The notes beneath the pieces are model-generated. The model had not been told where the DNA came from and ran no database searches. It saw only the letters and a program-made list of their open reading frames with translations. The translations under genes and the position numbers were made by a program. Source: a virus. Taken from it: a DNA stretch of 64,000 nt. Shown here one piece after another: positions 27,786 through 36,489 of the stretch (position 1 is its first letter; every line of letters starts with the position of its first letter). The DNA is taken from the IMG/VR virus record IMGVR_UViG_3300006793_000013; one strand, written 5' to 3'.

Positions 27786-27814
27786 AGTATACAGTCATTA
27801 TTTCCAGTTGTCAA
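27786..27814 (-). promoter_or_regulatory. Sigma70-type promoter, predicted leaderless
   Basis: TTGACA-17-TATACT-6 nt-ATG(27779). Confidence 0.72.
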
Positions 27815-28613
27815 TGATTAACTTATCTTTTACTTGTCCAGGATTTGGATCACCATGAAAAACCATAATAGAATTTTCTTTTGGAGGAACTACGTCATCT
27901 CTAACAGTTTTAAACTGTCTTTGTCCGTCTTTCATATGAAGCTCACTCTTATCTCGTATTTCCCATTTATAACTCATAACCCATTCTTCAGGCCAAAACT
28001 TAAGAACTTCTCTGCAATTTTGCCAAATCCAATCTTGATCACCATGAAGTCTTTGTGCTTGTGCTGGATTAGCCATAAAGTTTTGGTAAACATGAGATTG
28101 TGTTCTAGCATTCCAAGCCATAACAGAACTGTTTAGATACTTGTAGTTTGGATGGAACTTTCTATTAAAATCTCTAATGCCCATAAAGTCATCTAACCAA
28201 ACATTGCACAGTTTATCAATATTGTTATGAATAACAACATCTAAATCCATATATAATATTCTACCTTCTAAAGGAAGACTAGGATCAAACATATGAACTT
28301 TGTGCCACCAACCTCTTTGGTAACCTTTATTAGGTATAACAATATTGTTTACACCCTCTAGTGGCTTAGGATCATCTGTTAAACAGTTAAAACGATATGG
28401 CACAGTAATATGTCTTGCAACCATATCACGTAACTTTATAACATATTCATTTCCGTATTTGTTGCCAAAGCGTACACAAAGAATTTGTGTAACAGGACCA
28501 TGCTGATTGTTCTCTCTAAGAGCTTGACTCTTACGAAGTTCTTTTTCTAAACGCCTAGCTCTCTTTTGTGCTTTACGTTCTTCTTTTGTGAAGTTGTGAT
28601 TTTCTAATGCCAT
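27798..28613 (-). CDS. GT-A fold glycosyltransferase with basic N-terminal extension
   Basis: KYGNEYV..L..MV.RH, GWWHKVHMF, ILYMDLDVVI (DxD), NSSVM, GDQDWI, VFHGDP. Confidence 0.8.
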   Translation of the reverse strand: MALENHNFTKEERKAQKRARRLEKELRKSQALRENNQHGPVTQILCVRFGNKYGNEYVIKLRDMVARHITVPYRFNCLTDDPKPLEGVNNIVIPNKGYQRGWWHKVHMFDPSLPLEGRILYMDLDVVIHNNIDKLCNVWLDDFMGIRDFNRKFHPNYKYLNSSVMAWNARTQSHVYQNFMANPAQAQRLHGDQDWIWQNCREVLKFWPEEWVMSYKWEIRDKSELHMKDGQRQFKTVRDDVVPPKENSIMVFHGDPNPGQVKDKLIIDNWK

Positions 28614-28619
28614 TCATTG

Positions 28620-29387
28620 CTACTCGGCATGACGAACTATGCTGTCAACGACAGATTCAAAGTCATGTAAATGAAGTGCATTTGGACCATCGCTTGGTGC
28701 GTTATCTGGATCAGTATGTACTTCTAAAAAGAAATTTCTAATACCCAAAGCACTACCTGCCCTACATAAGCCAGGAACGTAATCCCTATTGCCGCCGCTA
28801 CTACTTCCATTACCACCTGGTTTCTGTACTGCGTGGGTGGCGTCAAGCACAATAGGAGTGCTGTAATTATTAAGCATATAGTCCAAGCCGGTAAAGTCAA
28901 CAACAAGTGTATTGTATCCAAAACTTGTTCCCCTTTCTGTTATCCATACTTCTTTGGCACCTTCTGTTTTTGTTAAAATGCTTTCAACATCCCAGGGTGC
29001 AAGGAACTGACCTTTCTTAATATTAACAATCTTATCTGTAGCACAAGCAGCCTTTACTAAATCTGTTTGTCTACATAAGAACGCAGGAATTTGTAATGCA
29101 TCAACTACATCATTATATGCTTCAGTAATGTAATCAATTTGTTCTACAGTGTGTACATCAGTAATTGTGTTTACACCGAACTGTTCTTTAATTGCTTCAA
29201 AGTCAGTAAGTGTTGCATCCATACCAACACCACGTATTCCTTTGATGCTAGATCTATTTGCTTTATCAAAACTGGCTTTGAAATAATATTCAATGCCGTG
29301 TTTGTCGCAAACACGTTTACACTCTTTTGCAATCATTGCACTGTCAGTCAGTGTTTCATGCTGACATGGTCCTGCGATTATTCTCAT
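28620..29387 (-). CDS. kdsA: KDO 8-phosphate synthase
   Basis: IIAGPC, KASFDKANRSS, QIPAFLCRQTDL, NIKKGQFLAP, ERGTSFGYN, DATHAVQ, EVH..PDNAPSDG. Confidence 0.95.
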   Translation of the reverse strand: MRIIAGPCQHETLTDSAMIAKECKRVCDKHGIEYYFKASFDKANRSSIKGIRGVGMDATLTDFEAIKEQFGVNTITDVHTVEQIDYITEAYNDVVDALQIPAFLCRQTDLVKAACATDKIVNIKKGQFLAPWDVESILTKTEGAKEVWITERGTSFGYNTLVVDFTGLDYMLNNYSTPIVLDATHAVQKPGGNGSSSGGNRDYVPGLCRAGSALGIRNFFLEVHTDPDNAPSDGPNALHLHDFESVVDSIVRHAE

Positions 29388-29393
29388 AATTTA

Positions 29394-29843
29394 CTATCCT
29401 TCGTAGATTGCTGAATTGGCACCATGCTCTGAACATTCAACACTTACACAATAACAACGATGATTTGTTTTTTCTCTAATTAAATCGTTCGCAAAGTTAA
29501 ATGCATGTTCCGCAAATTTTTCTGCACCAACACCATCGAATTGTCTAATCTCTGCAAGTCCTAATGTTTCTAAACGTAGCAGTTCATCTTTCATTGGATC
29601 TATTTTATCAATACAAGTTTTGTGATCAAAACTATCTTCAAGCCAAGCCTTCAGCGGTTTAAGTCCACCAAAGTCAACTGCCCAATTTTTATTATCTAGA
29701 TCATTACATCCAAAAGTAAATTTAAATGCTAAACTATAACCGTGTAGCAAATGACAATGTGAATGATCTGCGTTCGGCTGCCTAAACACCGCACTAAGGC
29801 CAATGTTATGACCATAAGTTTTTGTACTAAAGTATTTTCCCAT
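29394..29843 (-). CDS. queD: 6-carboxytetrahydropterin / 6-pyruvoyltetrahydropterin synthase
   Basis: HSHCHLLHGY, VDFGGLK...FDH, E.FAE, VECSEH. Confidence 0.85.
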   Translation of the reverse strand: MGKYFSTKTYGHNIGLSAVFRQPNADHSHCHLLHGYSLAFKFTFGCNDLDNKNWAVDFGGLKPLKAWLEDSFDHKTCIDKIDPMKDELLRLETLGLAEIRQFDGVGAEKFAEHAFNFANDLIREKTNHRCYCVSVECSEHGANSAIYEG

Positions 29844-29847
29844 ATTT

Positions 29848-29907
29848 TTATCTCCTATATATGAGCGGCAGAATTAGAAGGGTTGACGCTAAGACCTTGT
29901 TAAACAT
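29848..29907 (-). other. Candidate leader peptide (19 aa) upstream of queD
   Basis: MFNKVLASTLLILPLIYRR*; ATG lies 7 nt after TATAAT and the stop overlaps the queD SD (AGGAGATAA). Confidence 0.4.
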
Positions 29908-29914
29908 ATTAGTA

Positions 29915-29942
29915 ATTATACACTAATTAGATTGTTTGTCAA
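29915..29942 (-). promoter_or_regulatory. Sigma70-type promoter for the queD-kdsA-GT operon
   Basis: TTGACA-16-TATAAT. Confidence 0.72.
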
Positions 29943-30550
29943 GATATTGATTTATAAAATTGTTCAAAATGAACATTAGGCTTTTGCCAAATAGGCGGGA
30001 AGTCCCATTCATGCATATTTTTTATTGTAAATTTTTTGTGAGGATGATTTTTAAACACTTCGCCAATTTGTATTTTCCAGAAACTAGGATCAATTGGATG
30101 TGTGTCAGCATCAGCATAGTTGTTTGTACCTTTATACAAATTATTAACTTTATGATTGTTGCCGTAAAGATCAAACCCTAGCAGTGTAATATTATCTGAT
30201 TCAAGAGTTGCTGCAAGTAAAACAGCATACGGACCACTTCCCCAATTGATTGGTTGATTGTGTTTTTGTTCGTCTTTAGGTGTTATGTAAGGAACAGAAT
30301 TTATTCTTTTATCTTTTCGAATTTTACGAAAGTATTGATAGTTTTCACCTCGAACATATATCTTAGTGTTCTTTGTGTTCTCTCCATCGACTGCTTCAAG
30401 TACCATGCGCCTATCGCAACACACAAGATGATCAACAGCCATATCTCTATGTACTGCGTTGCAGCCTACTATTTCGTAATTTGGGTAAATGCGGGCGATA
30501 TCTAGCCCTTTGCGACTTTCTCCGTTACCTAAAACTAAAGTCCCGGACAC
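29939..30550 (-). CDS. Rossmann-like protein resembling Maf/sialyltransferase-type glycosylation accessory proteins
   Basis: LVLGNGES...IVGCNAVHRD...VCCD...SGPYAVLLA...ITLLGFD. Confidence 0.55.
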   Translation of the reverse strand: MSGTLVLGNGESRKGLDIARIYPNYEIVGCNAVHRDMAVDHLVCCDRRMVLEAVDGENTKNTKIYVRGENYQYFRKIRKDKRINSVPYITPKDEQKHNQPINWGSGPYAVLLAATLESDNITLLGFDLYGNNHKVNNLYKGTNNYADADTHPIDPSFWKIQIGEVFKNHPHKKFTIKNMHEWDFPPIWQKPNVHFEQFYKSIS

Positions 30551-30556
30551 TCCGTG

Positions 30557-31372
30557 TTACCTGATTTCTCCAAACGGTGCCCATATGCCAGGGTTACCTG
30601 CTTGGATACAAACCCAACCAATGTATGACTTCTGTCTTGCTCTTGAGTTCCAGCAAATATCACCTTGATTGAAGTTACCACCTTGTGGTGCTTCAACGCC
30701 ATTGATATGAAGTGCATTGTTGAATTTAATTGCGCCCCTAACATGCAAGTCAACTGTGCTGTCTGGGTTGGAAACTCCTACTGCTAGTTTGCCTCCAACA
30801 AAGCCGTCTTTAGCAATGCGTACATCACCACCAGCTTCTACAGTTATTCTAACTTGATTGTCTGTTTTTACGTCTAATTGATGACTACCAAATGTGCCAA
30901 CAAATCCTTTTGTTGACTCATCTGTACCCATAATAATTTCTACACCATCTTCTGCTATACCTACAGCAGCATTTGGTTGTTCAGTACCAATACCTAATCT
31001 ATCTGTACCTGAGTCAAAGTAAATGTATTGATTGATTGAAATATCGCCGTCTACTACTAAGCCTCTTAATCTACCAACTGATTTTAAATTACTGTTTACT
31101 ACACTAGTTCCTAGTGTGTCTAGTGATAGTACTTCTAAATTGTTTACTTTAATTGCTTTATTTTTTGCAAGGTCAATATTCTCTGTTGAAAAGATACTCT
31201 TTGTATCTTCCATATAAGATAATTGTTTAGTGTAGTCTTTACCCGCCCAGAAAAGACCTTTACCGTTGATATCGGTAGTGAATTTAATTGACTGATTTGA
31301 TGCCCATCCACCGTCTGATGTTAAAGCTGATTCTAGCTCAGTTAGGGCTTGATTAAGTCTCGTATTGTCCAT
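30557..31372 (-). CDS. Fibre-like virion protein
   Basis: RLGIGT..P, KLAVGVSNP..DLHVRG; C-terminal GDICWN...IGWVC..AG.PG.W.PFG. Confidence 0.6.
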   Translation of the reverse strand: MDNTRLNQALTELESALTSDGGWASNQSIKFTTDINGKGLFWAGKDYTKQLSYMEDTKSIFSTENIDLAKNKAIKVNNLEVLSLDTLGTSVVNSNLKSVGRLRGLVVDGDISINQYIYFDSGTDRLGIGTEQPNAAVGIAEDGVEIIMGTDESTKGFVGTFGSHQLDVKTDNQVRITVEAGGDVRIAKDGFVGGKLAVGVSNPDSTVDLHVRGAIKFNNALHINGVEAPQGGNFNQGDICWNSRARQKSYIGWVCIQAGNPGIWAPFGEIR

Positions 31373-31377
31373 ATTAG

Positions 31378-31383
31378 TATTTA
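31378..31383 (-). promoter_or_regulatory. Late-type promoter TAAATA-N5-ATG
   Basis: TAAATA CTAAT ATG(31372), no SD. Confidence 0.65.
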
Positions 31384-31405
31384 TCCTTTATACAGAAAAG
31401 CCGGT

Positions 31406-32707
31406 TTATTGTACTTTCAGCAAGATTATATCATTATTTATCCGACCGTTGAGCTTTATGTCCACTGCTTTAATGTCATCTAGGAATGATCTCAACTTGA
31501 CTTTACCACTATCTTTGAACTGTTTTAGTTGTTCTTCTGGTTTACGTAGTGTCTTCTGTATACTTTCAGATTCTTTAAATCCTGTAATAGTTGTACCTTT
31601 TACACTAAGTCCACTGCCCTCACGCTGTAGTCCTTGTGGGTCTTGTATTTCTGCTATGTATTTCCCTATCTTACGTGTTTTACAGTTAAACACCCATAGC
31701 TCATTGCACTTGATAATATCCTCTGGATTAATACTAGCAAGTTGATATTTGTCATCTGATTTTTTGTACTTCAGTTTTGCTACCAGTTTGTCTGCACTGT
31801 ACACTTTACGTTTACGTGGTTTACGTTTTGCTTTACTTGAATCAATAACAACCTGACAACCACCATATATTCTTTCTAGTGCTGTTAGTAAGTTCTTAAG
31901 TTCTTTTTTGTTCGAGAACTCATATGCTTCTTGTAATTGTTTTGCATAGTCAATTTCAAGTTCAGTTGCAGTTTTCTTTAACTTGGGTGGATTAAGTACT
32001 TCTCGTATTTCTTTAAGTTCAGGCTCATACAGATTCATAATTTTACGAGCATGTGCTTGTGTTATTTTCATTTGAGCAAAATGTTTTGCAAAGTCAAATC
32101 CCTTAGGATCAAATTTTACTGTTTTATCTTGCTGACTTTCAGTCCAACCATCAAGCCATACATCAACTTTTTCACAAGCAGCAATTGCCTGCATCTCAAT
32201 ACGCTCTTGTATAGAAATTACTCTTTTCTCTGGTTGTTTCTTTTCTTTTTCTTCTTTCTCTTGCTTAACGTCTTTGCCTGCTTGGATTGCTATTTCAATT
32301 CTTTTTTCAAGAAACTCCATAGATGATTTTAATTGGCCCATTGTTCCAGGAAGTGATTCCCAATGATCTGCTTCTTTTTGTGAAAACCTTGGAGCACCTT
32401 TTGTATCCATACGTGCAACAATTCCAGCAGTAACACTAATAGCATGTTTAGGAGCGGCTTTGATCCATTTGATTTGATCGCTAGTATACTTGCCTTCTTT
32501 TTCCATCCAGGCATATACGTTAGTATACAAGTCCTCTGGTTTAAAGTTTGCGTAATACCATTCGTGTGTTGCTCGACGATGCCTATGAATTTGCTCGCCA
32601 TTCATTTCTTCCCAACCGTCCCAATTAGGTTCCGTGAGCTTTGCGCCACGCTGAATGCGAGGTGCTGCTCTTGGCTTTTTCTTCTTGGTACTCTTAGGCA
32701 ATGCCAT
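31406..32707 (-). CDS. Hypothetical phage protein (likely early)
   Basis: 433 aa, Lys-rich; sigma70-type promoter and GGAG SD upstream. Confidence 0.7.
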   Translation of the reverse strand: MALPKSTKKKKPRAAPRIQRGAKLTEPNWDGWEEMNGEQIHRHRRATHEWYYANFKPEDLYTNVYAWMEKEGKYTSDQIKWIKAAPKHAISVTAGIVARMDTKGAPRFSQKEADHWESLPGTMGQLKSSMEFLEKRIEIAIQAGKDVKQEKEEKEKKQPEKRVISIQERIEMQAIAACEKVDVWLDGWTESQQDKTVKFDPKGFDFAKHFAQMKITQAHARKIMNLYEPELKEIREVLNPPKLKKTATELEIDYAKQLQEAYEFSNKKELKNLLTALERIYGGCQVVIDSSKAKRKPRKRKVYSADKLVAKLKYKKSDDKYQLASINPEDIIKCNELWVFNCKTRKIGKYIAEIQDPQGLQREGSGLSVKGTTITGFKESESIQKTLRKPEEQLKQFKDSGKVKLRSFLDDIKAVDIKLNGRINNDIILLKVQ

Positions 32708-32732
32708 CTGATGCTCCTATGATAAAAATATT

Positions 32733-32761
32733 ACTATATGATGATATATATCATTTGTCAA
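32733..32761 (-). promoter_or_regulatory. Sigma70-type promoter
   Basis: TTGACA-17-TATAGT. Confidence 0.7.
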
Positions 32762-32786
32762 GAAAAATCTGCCCTAAACGAAATTG

Positions 32787-33458
32787 TCATGTTAGATTTT
32801 TCGCAATAGGAAATATTTCTGAGATGACTTTAGCACACGCTATAGCAATGTCCATATGCTCTTTTTGTGTTCCGTTTGCACCTCTAAGTTGAATATAATG
32901 TACCCAACTTCTAATTGTTCCATTCATGTATAGGCGTGTTTTGGTTAGACCTTCTGGTAACACTACACGGGCTTGTTCTTTTGCAATACCGTTGTCAATT
33001 GCCCATTCGTAAACTTCCTTGGCTTTGTCAATGACACTTTGTTGTTTCATTTGCCATTCGTAGTGTAAGTCACTTTCAGTATCGATCTCAATACTGTTTT
33101 GTCTGTTCTTTGTATCCTGTAAACGTGCTTCACGTGTTACAAACTGATTACCCATCTCTGCAGGATCAGCGTAACGTTGACTAAACTCTTGGAAAGCAAA
33201 ACTACGATGTCGCACAATTTGATGTGCAATATCTCTAGTTGTGTTGATTTCTAGTACAGCATTAACCATTTCTAAAGGTGACCAATGTTGATGTTTAATT
33301 AGATATTTGATTAAGCGTTCGCTTGTTTCTGTATTAATTTGTGCTTGTGGATTTGATACCTTTGCACAAAATGCAATTAGTTCTTGTAGGTCTGTTAACC
33401 CTTCGTTTTCAAATTCTTCTGTTGCTCGACTATACGATACTAGTTTTACTTCTGTCAA
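32787..33458 (-). CDS. thyX: Flavin-dependent thymidylate synthase
   Basis: HWSPLE, QIVRHRSFAFQEFSQRY, EQARVVLP, RSWVHYIQLR; TTG start. Confidence 0.95.
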   Translation of the reverse strand: MTEVKLVSYSRATEEFENEGLTDLQELIAFCAKVSNPQAQINTETSERLIKYLIKHQHWSPLEMVNAVLEINTTRDIAHQIVRHRSFAFQEFSQRYADPAEMGNQFVTREARLQDTKNRQNSIEIDTESDLHYEWQMKQQSVIDKAKEVYEWAIDNGIAKEQARVVLPEGLTKTRLYMNGTIRSWVHYIQLRGANGTQKEHMDIAIACAKVISEIFPIAKNLT

Positions 33459-33484
33459 CTGTTTATTTCCTTATGTAAAATACT

Positions 33485-33509
33485 GTAGGGCTACACCACG
33501 TAGCCCTAC
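33485..33509 (-). terminator. Hairpin, likely terminator/attenuator between the Hc1-like gene and thyX
   Basis: Perfect 10-bp inverted repeat GTAGGGCTAC-accac-GTAGCCCTAC; imperfect U-tract on the minus strand. Confidence 0.6.
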
Positions 33510-33520
33510 CAGTGGGTGGG

Positions 33521-33718
33521 TTACTGTGATACTGCTGCGTTTTTTCTAGCGTTTTTAGTATCAGTGATTTCTTTTCTACGTTCTTTTGCGGCTTTAGTCA
33601 TTTCTTGTAATGCTTTACGGGCTCTGGTTCCTGCTGCTCCATTGCCGTTTTCAAATTTTTCGTTTTCTTCCAAAAACGTCTCAAATGCTGATTTTAGTGA
33701 TTCTACGTGTGTACTCAT
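33521..33718 (-). CDS. Histone H1-like (Hc1-type) small DNA-binding protein
   Basis: FLEENEKFENGNGAAGTRARKALQEMTKAAKERRKEI resembles the Hc1 family 'KAAG.RARK' core. Confidence 0.7.
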   Translation of the reverse strand: MSTHVESLKSAFETFLEENEKFENGNGAAGTRARKALQEMTKAAKERRKEITDTKNARKNAAVSQ

Positions 33719-33766
33719 AATTTATTTTTCCTTTTAATCTGTGCCGAGAGTCTTCTCAACAGTCAT

Positions 33767-33795
33767 AGTATATAAGCCTAGACTGCAAAAGTCAA
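33767..33795 (-). promoter_or_regulatory. Sigma70-type promoter for the Hc1-like gene and thyX
   Basis: TTGACT-17-TATACT. Confidence 0.7.
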
Positions 33796-33808
33796 CTATT
33801 AAAGTGGT

Positions 33809-33814
33809 TAAATA
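33809..33814 (+). promoter_or_regulatory. Late-type promoter at the head of the radical SAM cluster
   Basis: GTTAAATAC, 8 nt before the ATG at 33823. Confidence 0.5.
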
Positions 33815-33822
33815 CGTACATA

Positions 33823-34812
33823 ATGAATGATTTTACTCTTATTCCGTTCCACAACATTGTTAAGTTCGGACAAACTACAATGCTAAAACAGCCACTATTC
33901 AACGTTAGTTGGATACTTGGTCGCTTTTGTAATTACAGTTGTAGTTACTGTTGGCCGTATGCAAATTCAAATGTTCCGGATCATCAAGACTTTGAAGTGT
34001 ATACAAATGCAATAGATGAAATTAAAAGACAAGCGAGAGAAAACGGATTTACTGAGTTTCATTTTAGTTTCAGTGGAGGAGAACCAACAGCATATAAAAA
34101 GTTTGGTGACCTAGTTGAATACTATGCAAATGACGATGAGGCTAAGTATCAAAGCATACACCTTACAACTAATTTAAGTCCAGGTGAGAAATGGTGGGCA
34201 AGATTTATAGACAACACCAGTCACTTAACACGTCGCAGCATCACTGCAAGTTATCACGCAGAATTTGCAAACGAAAAAGACTTTGGTGATAGATGTTTGC
34301 AACTCATGGAGGGAGGAGTATTTGTTACAATTAATCAAGTTATGGTTCCTGAACACTTTGAAGAATACTATGAGCGTTGTAGTAGATTCGCAGACAAAGG
34401 AATTAACGTCACTCTTAAACCGCAGTCCGACCCTACCGCGTCTAGAATAGTTGATGGTTATACAGATGAGCAAATTGATAAGTTACAAACAGGCTTTCCA
34501 CAAAATTGGAAAGGCGAACAAGTCATGCAAATGTATTTGGAAGATGCCAAAGGAAACCATTACGGATTGGATCAAGCAGAAAGAATGAATGCATTTAACT
34601 TCAACAAGTTTAAAAATTGGCATTGCAATGCAGGGTATCAAAGCTGCATTATAAGGGGTGATGAAGTTAAGAGAGCATATAGTTGCAGCGATATCCCTTT
34701 AGGAACGCTACAGGGCGGTTTTACGCTGTTTAAGACACCATCTAAATGCATTACTAGCTCTTGTGTAAGCAGTGCAGACAGCAAGATACCAAAGGTACTA
34801 CATGAAAGTTGA
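33823..34812 (+). CDS. Radical SAM enzyme, subtype A, with C-terminal Twitch/SPASM-like Cys domain
   Basis: CNYSCSYC, FSGGEPT; CNAG...YSC...CITSSCVSSAD. Confidence 0.9.
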   Translation: MNDFTLIPFHNIVKFGQTTMLKQPLFNVSWILGRFCNYSCSYCWPYANSNVPDHQDFEVYTNAIDEIKRQARENGFTEFHFSFSGGEPTAYKKFGDLVEYYANDDEAKYQSIHLTTNLSPGEKWWARFIDNTSHLTRRSITASYHAEFANEKDFGDRCLQLMEGGVFVTINQVMVPEHFEEYYERCSRFADKGINVTLKPQSDPTASRIVDGYTDEQIDKLQTGFPQNWKGEQVMQMYLEDAKGNHYGLDQAERMNAFNFNKFKNWHCNAGYQSCIIRGDEVKRAYSCSDIPLGTLQGGFTLFKTPSKCITSSCVSSADSKIPKVLHES

Positions 34813-35407
34813 AATAGAAGATATAAAATTTTGGATGGATGCAGTTCGCAATAGCGAAGATAGAGATCGTACACTTGAAAGTTTTTGGGGTGGACAATTA
34901 AAATCTAAAGAATGGTTAGTCGAAACATTACAAAGAAATCATCATGTGTCCAATATTAGTTGTGTCATATTCGGAGGATGGAACGGAGTATTAGCAAATT
35001 TATTGTTTAACAGCACAATAGGTTTCAAGCATATCACAAGTGTTGATATTGATCCTAAGTGTGCAGAGACAGCAACCACAATTAATAAACGTCAAGAAAT
35101 GGAAGGGCGATTCACAGCAGTTACCGCTGACATGTGTGAGTATGAATATACCAATCAACCTTACATGGTTATTAATACAAGTTGCGAACATCTTACACAG
35201 CAACAATATAACAAGTGGGCAAAACGTGTGCCAAAGAGTTCAGAAGTAATTTTACAATCTAATAACTACTTTGAACTAGAAGAACATTTAAATTGTTCAA
35301 GAGACCTTGATAGTTTTAAAAAGAAATCTAAATTAAACACTGTGCTAGTTAAAGATCAATTAGAATTACCCAAATATACACGTTACATGCTTATAGGAAG
35401 ATTTTGA
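34802..35407 (+). CDS. Class I SAM-dependent methyltransferase
   Basis: VIFGGWNG, ITSVDIDP, TADMC, VINTSCEH. Start moved to 34802. Confidence 0.7.
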   Translation: MKVEIEDIKFWMDAVRNSEDRDRTLESFWGGQLKSKEWLVETLQRNHHVSNISCVIFGGWNGVLANLLFNSTIGFKHITSVDIDPKCAETATTINKRQEMEGRFTAVTADMCEYEYTNQPYMVINTSCEHLTQQQYNKWAKRVPKSSEVILQSNNYFELEEHLNCSRDLDSFKKKSKLNTVLVKDQLELPKYTRYMLIGRF

Positions 35408-36489
35408 TGTTTGACTTTTCAGATCTTAAAACAATACATATTGAGCTGACAACAAATTGCCAAGCCAAGTGTCCTATGTGTTCACGTAATATACACAGTG
35501 GTATTGAAAACCCATTACTAAAAATTGTTGGTTGGACATTAGAAGATTTCAAAACTATTATAAACAAAGAAGTATTAGAAACAGTAGACCGTATATACTT
35601 TTGCGGAAACTTTGGCGACCCTTTACTTAATGACAACCTTGTTGAAATGTGTAAGTACGCAAAAGAAACAAGTCCTAAAACTGCAATAGGAATTCACACA
35701 AACGGTAGTTTAAGAAATGCAAAATGGTGGACAGAACTAGCACAGTCTTTACCACAAGATCATTGTGTGTACTTTGCACTTGACGGTTTAGAAGACACTC
35801 ACAAATTATATAGAGTTGGCACTGACTGGAATAAGATTATTGAAAATGCAAAAACATTTATTGAAGCAGGTGGTCGTGCTAACTGGACTTATATCAAATT
35901 TAAACACAACGAGCACCAAGTAGAAGAATGTAGAAAGATTGCAAAGGAAGTAGGCTTTCAAGATTTCACAGTTAAGAACACATCAAGATTTTTAGTTGAA
36001 CCTAAGTATGATGTGTGGGACAAAAATAGAATACCTATATACAGTTTAGAAGCACCATCTGATACTGAAACACATTTTTTACCTAAAGAAGTAATTGATG
36101 ATTATAAGTCAGTGTTAGATGAAGCAGAGATAGACTGCCATGTACAAAAGATTAAAGAAATTTATATTGACGGATTTAAAACTTTATTACCTTGTTGTTG
36201 GTTAGCACAAACGCCAATGACGTTTTACGATCCTACACATATTTGTGAAGATGTAGTAGACATGTTGCGTAACCAATACAATAAAATGATAAGCGACTTT
36301 GGTGGTATACAAAATCTTGATGCAACAAAAGGAATAAAAAATATTATAAGTTCTGACGTATGGCAAAACATATGGAAGAAAAAGTGGAACGAAGATAAAA
36401 TGCTTATGTGTGCAAGAACATGTGGTAAGTTTAAAACTTTTGATATCTCTCAACCACAAGATCAATTTATAGAAAGAGAAATGCTGTAA
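35407..36489 (+). CDS. Radical SAM enzyme, subtype D, with C-terminal SPASM-like Cys
   Basis: CQAKCPMC, FCGNFGDP, HTNG; DC...PCCW...CARTCG. Confidence 0.9.
   Translation: MFDFSDLKTIHIELTTNCQAKCPMCSRNIHSGIENPLLKIVGWTLEDFKTIINKEVLETVDRIYFCGNFGDPLLNDNLVEMCKYAKETSPKTAIGIHTNGSLRNAKWWTELAQSLPQDHCVYFALDGLEDTHKLYRVGTDWNKIIENAKTFIEAGGRANWTYIKFKHNEHQVEECRKIAKEVGFQDFTVKNTSRFLVEPKYDVWDKNRIPIYSLEAPSDTETHFLPKEVIDDYKSVLDEAEIDCHVQKIKEIYIDGFKTLLPCCWLAQTPMTFYDPTHICEDVVDMLRNQYNKMISDFGGIQNLDATKGIKNIISSDVWQNIWKKKWNEDKMLMCARTCGKFKTFDISQPQDQFIEREML

Noticed and set aside
29848-29907. preQ1-I riboswitch upstream of queD
   Set aside because: A short P1-like AAGG/CCTT pairing exists, but the A-rich 3' tail needed for the pseudoknot is absent. 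Kept only as an unnamed candidate element.
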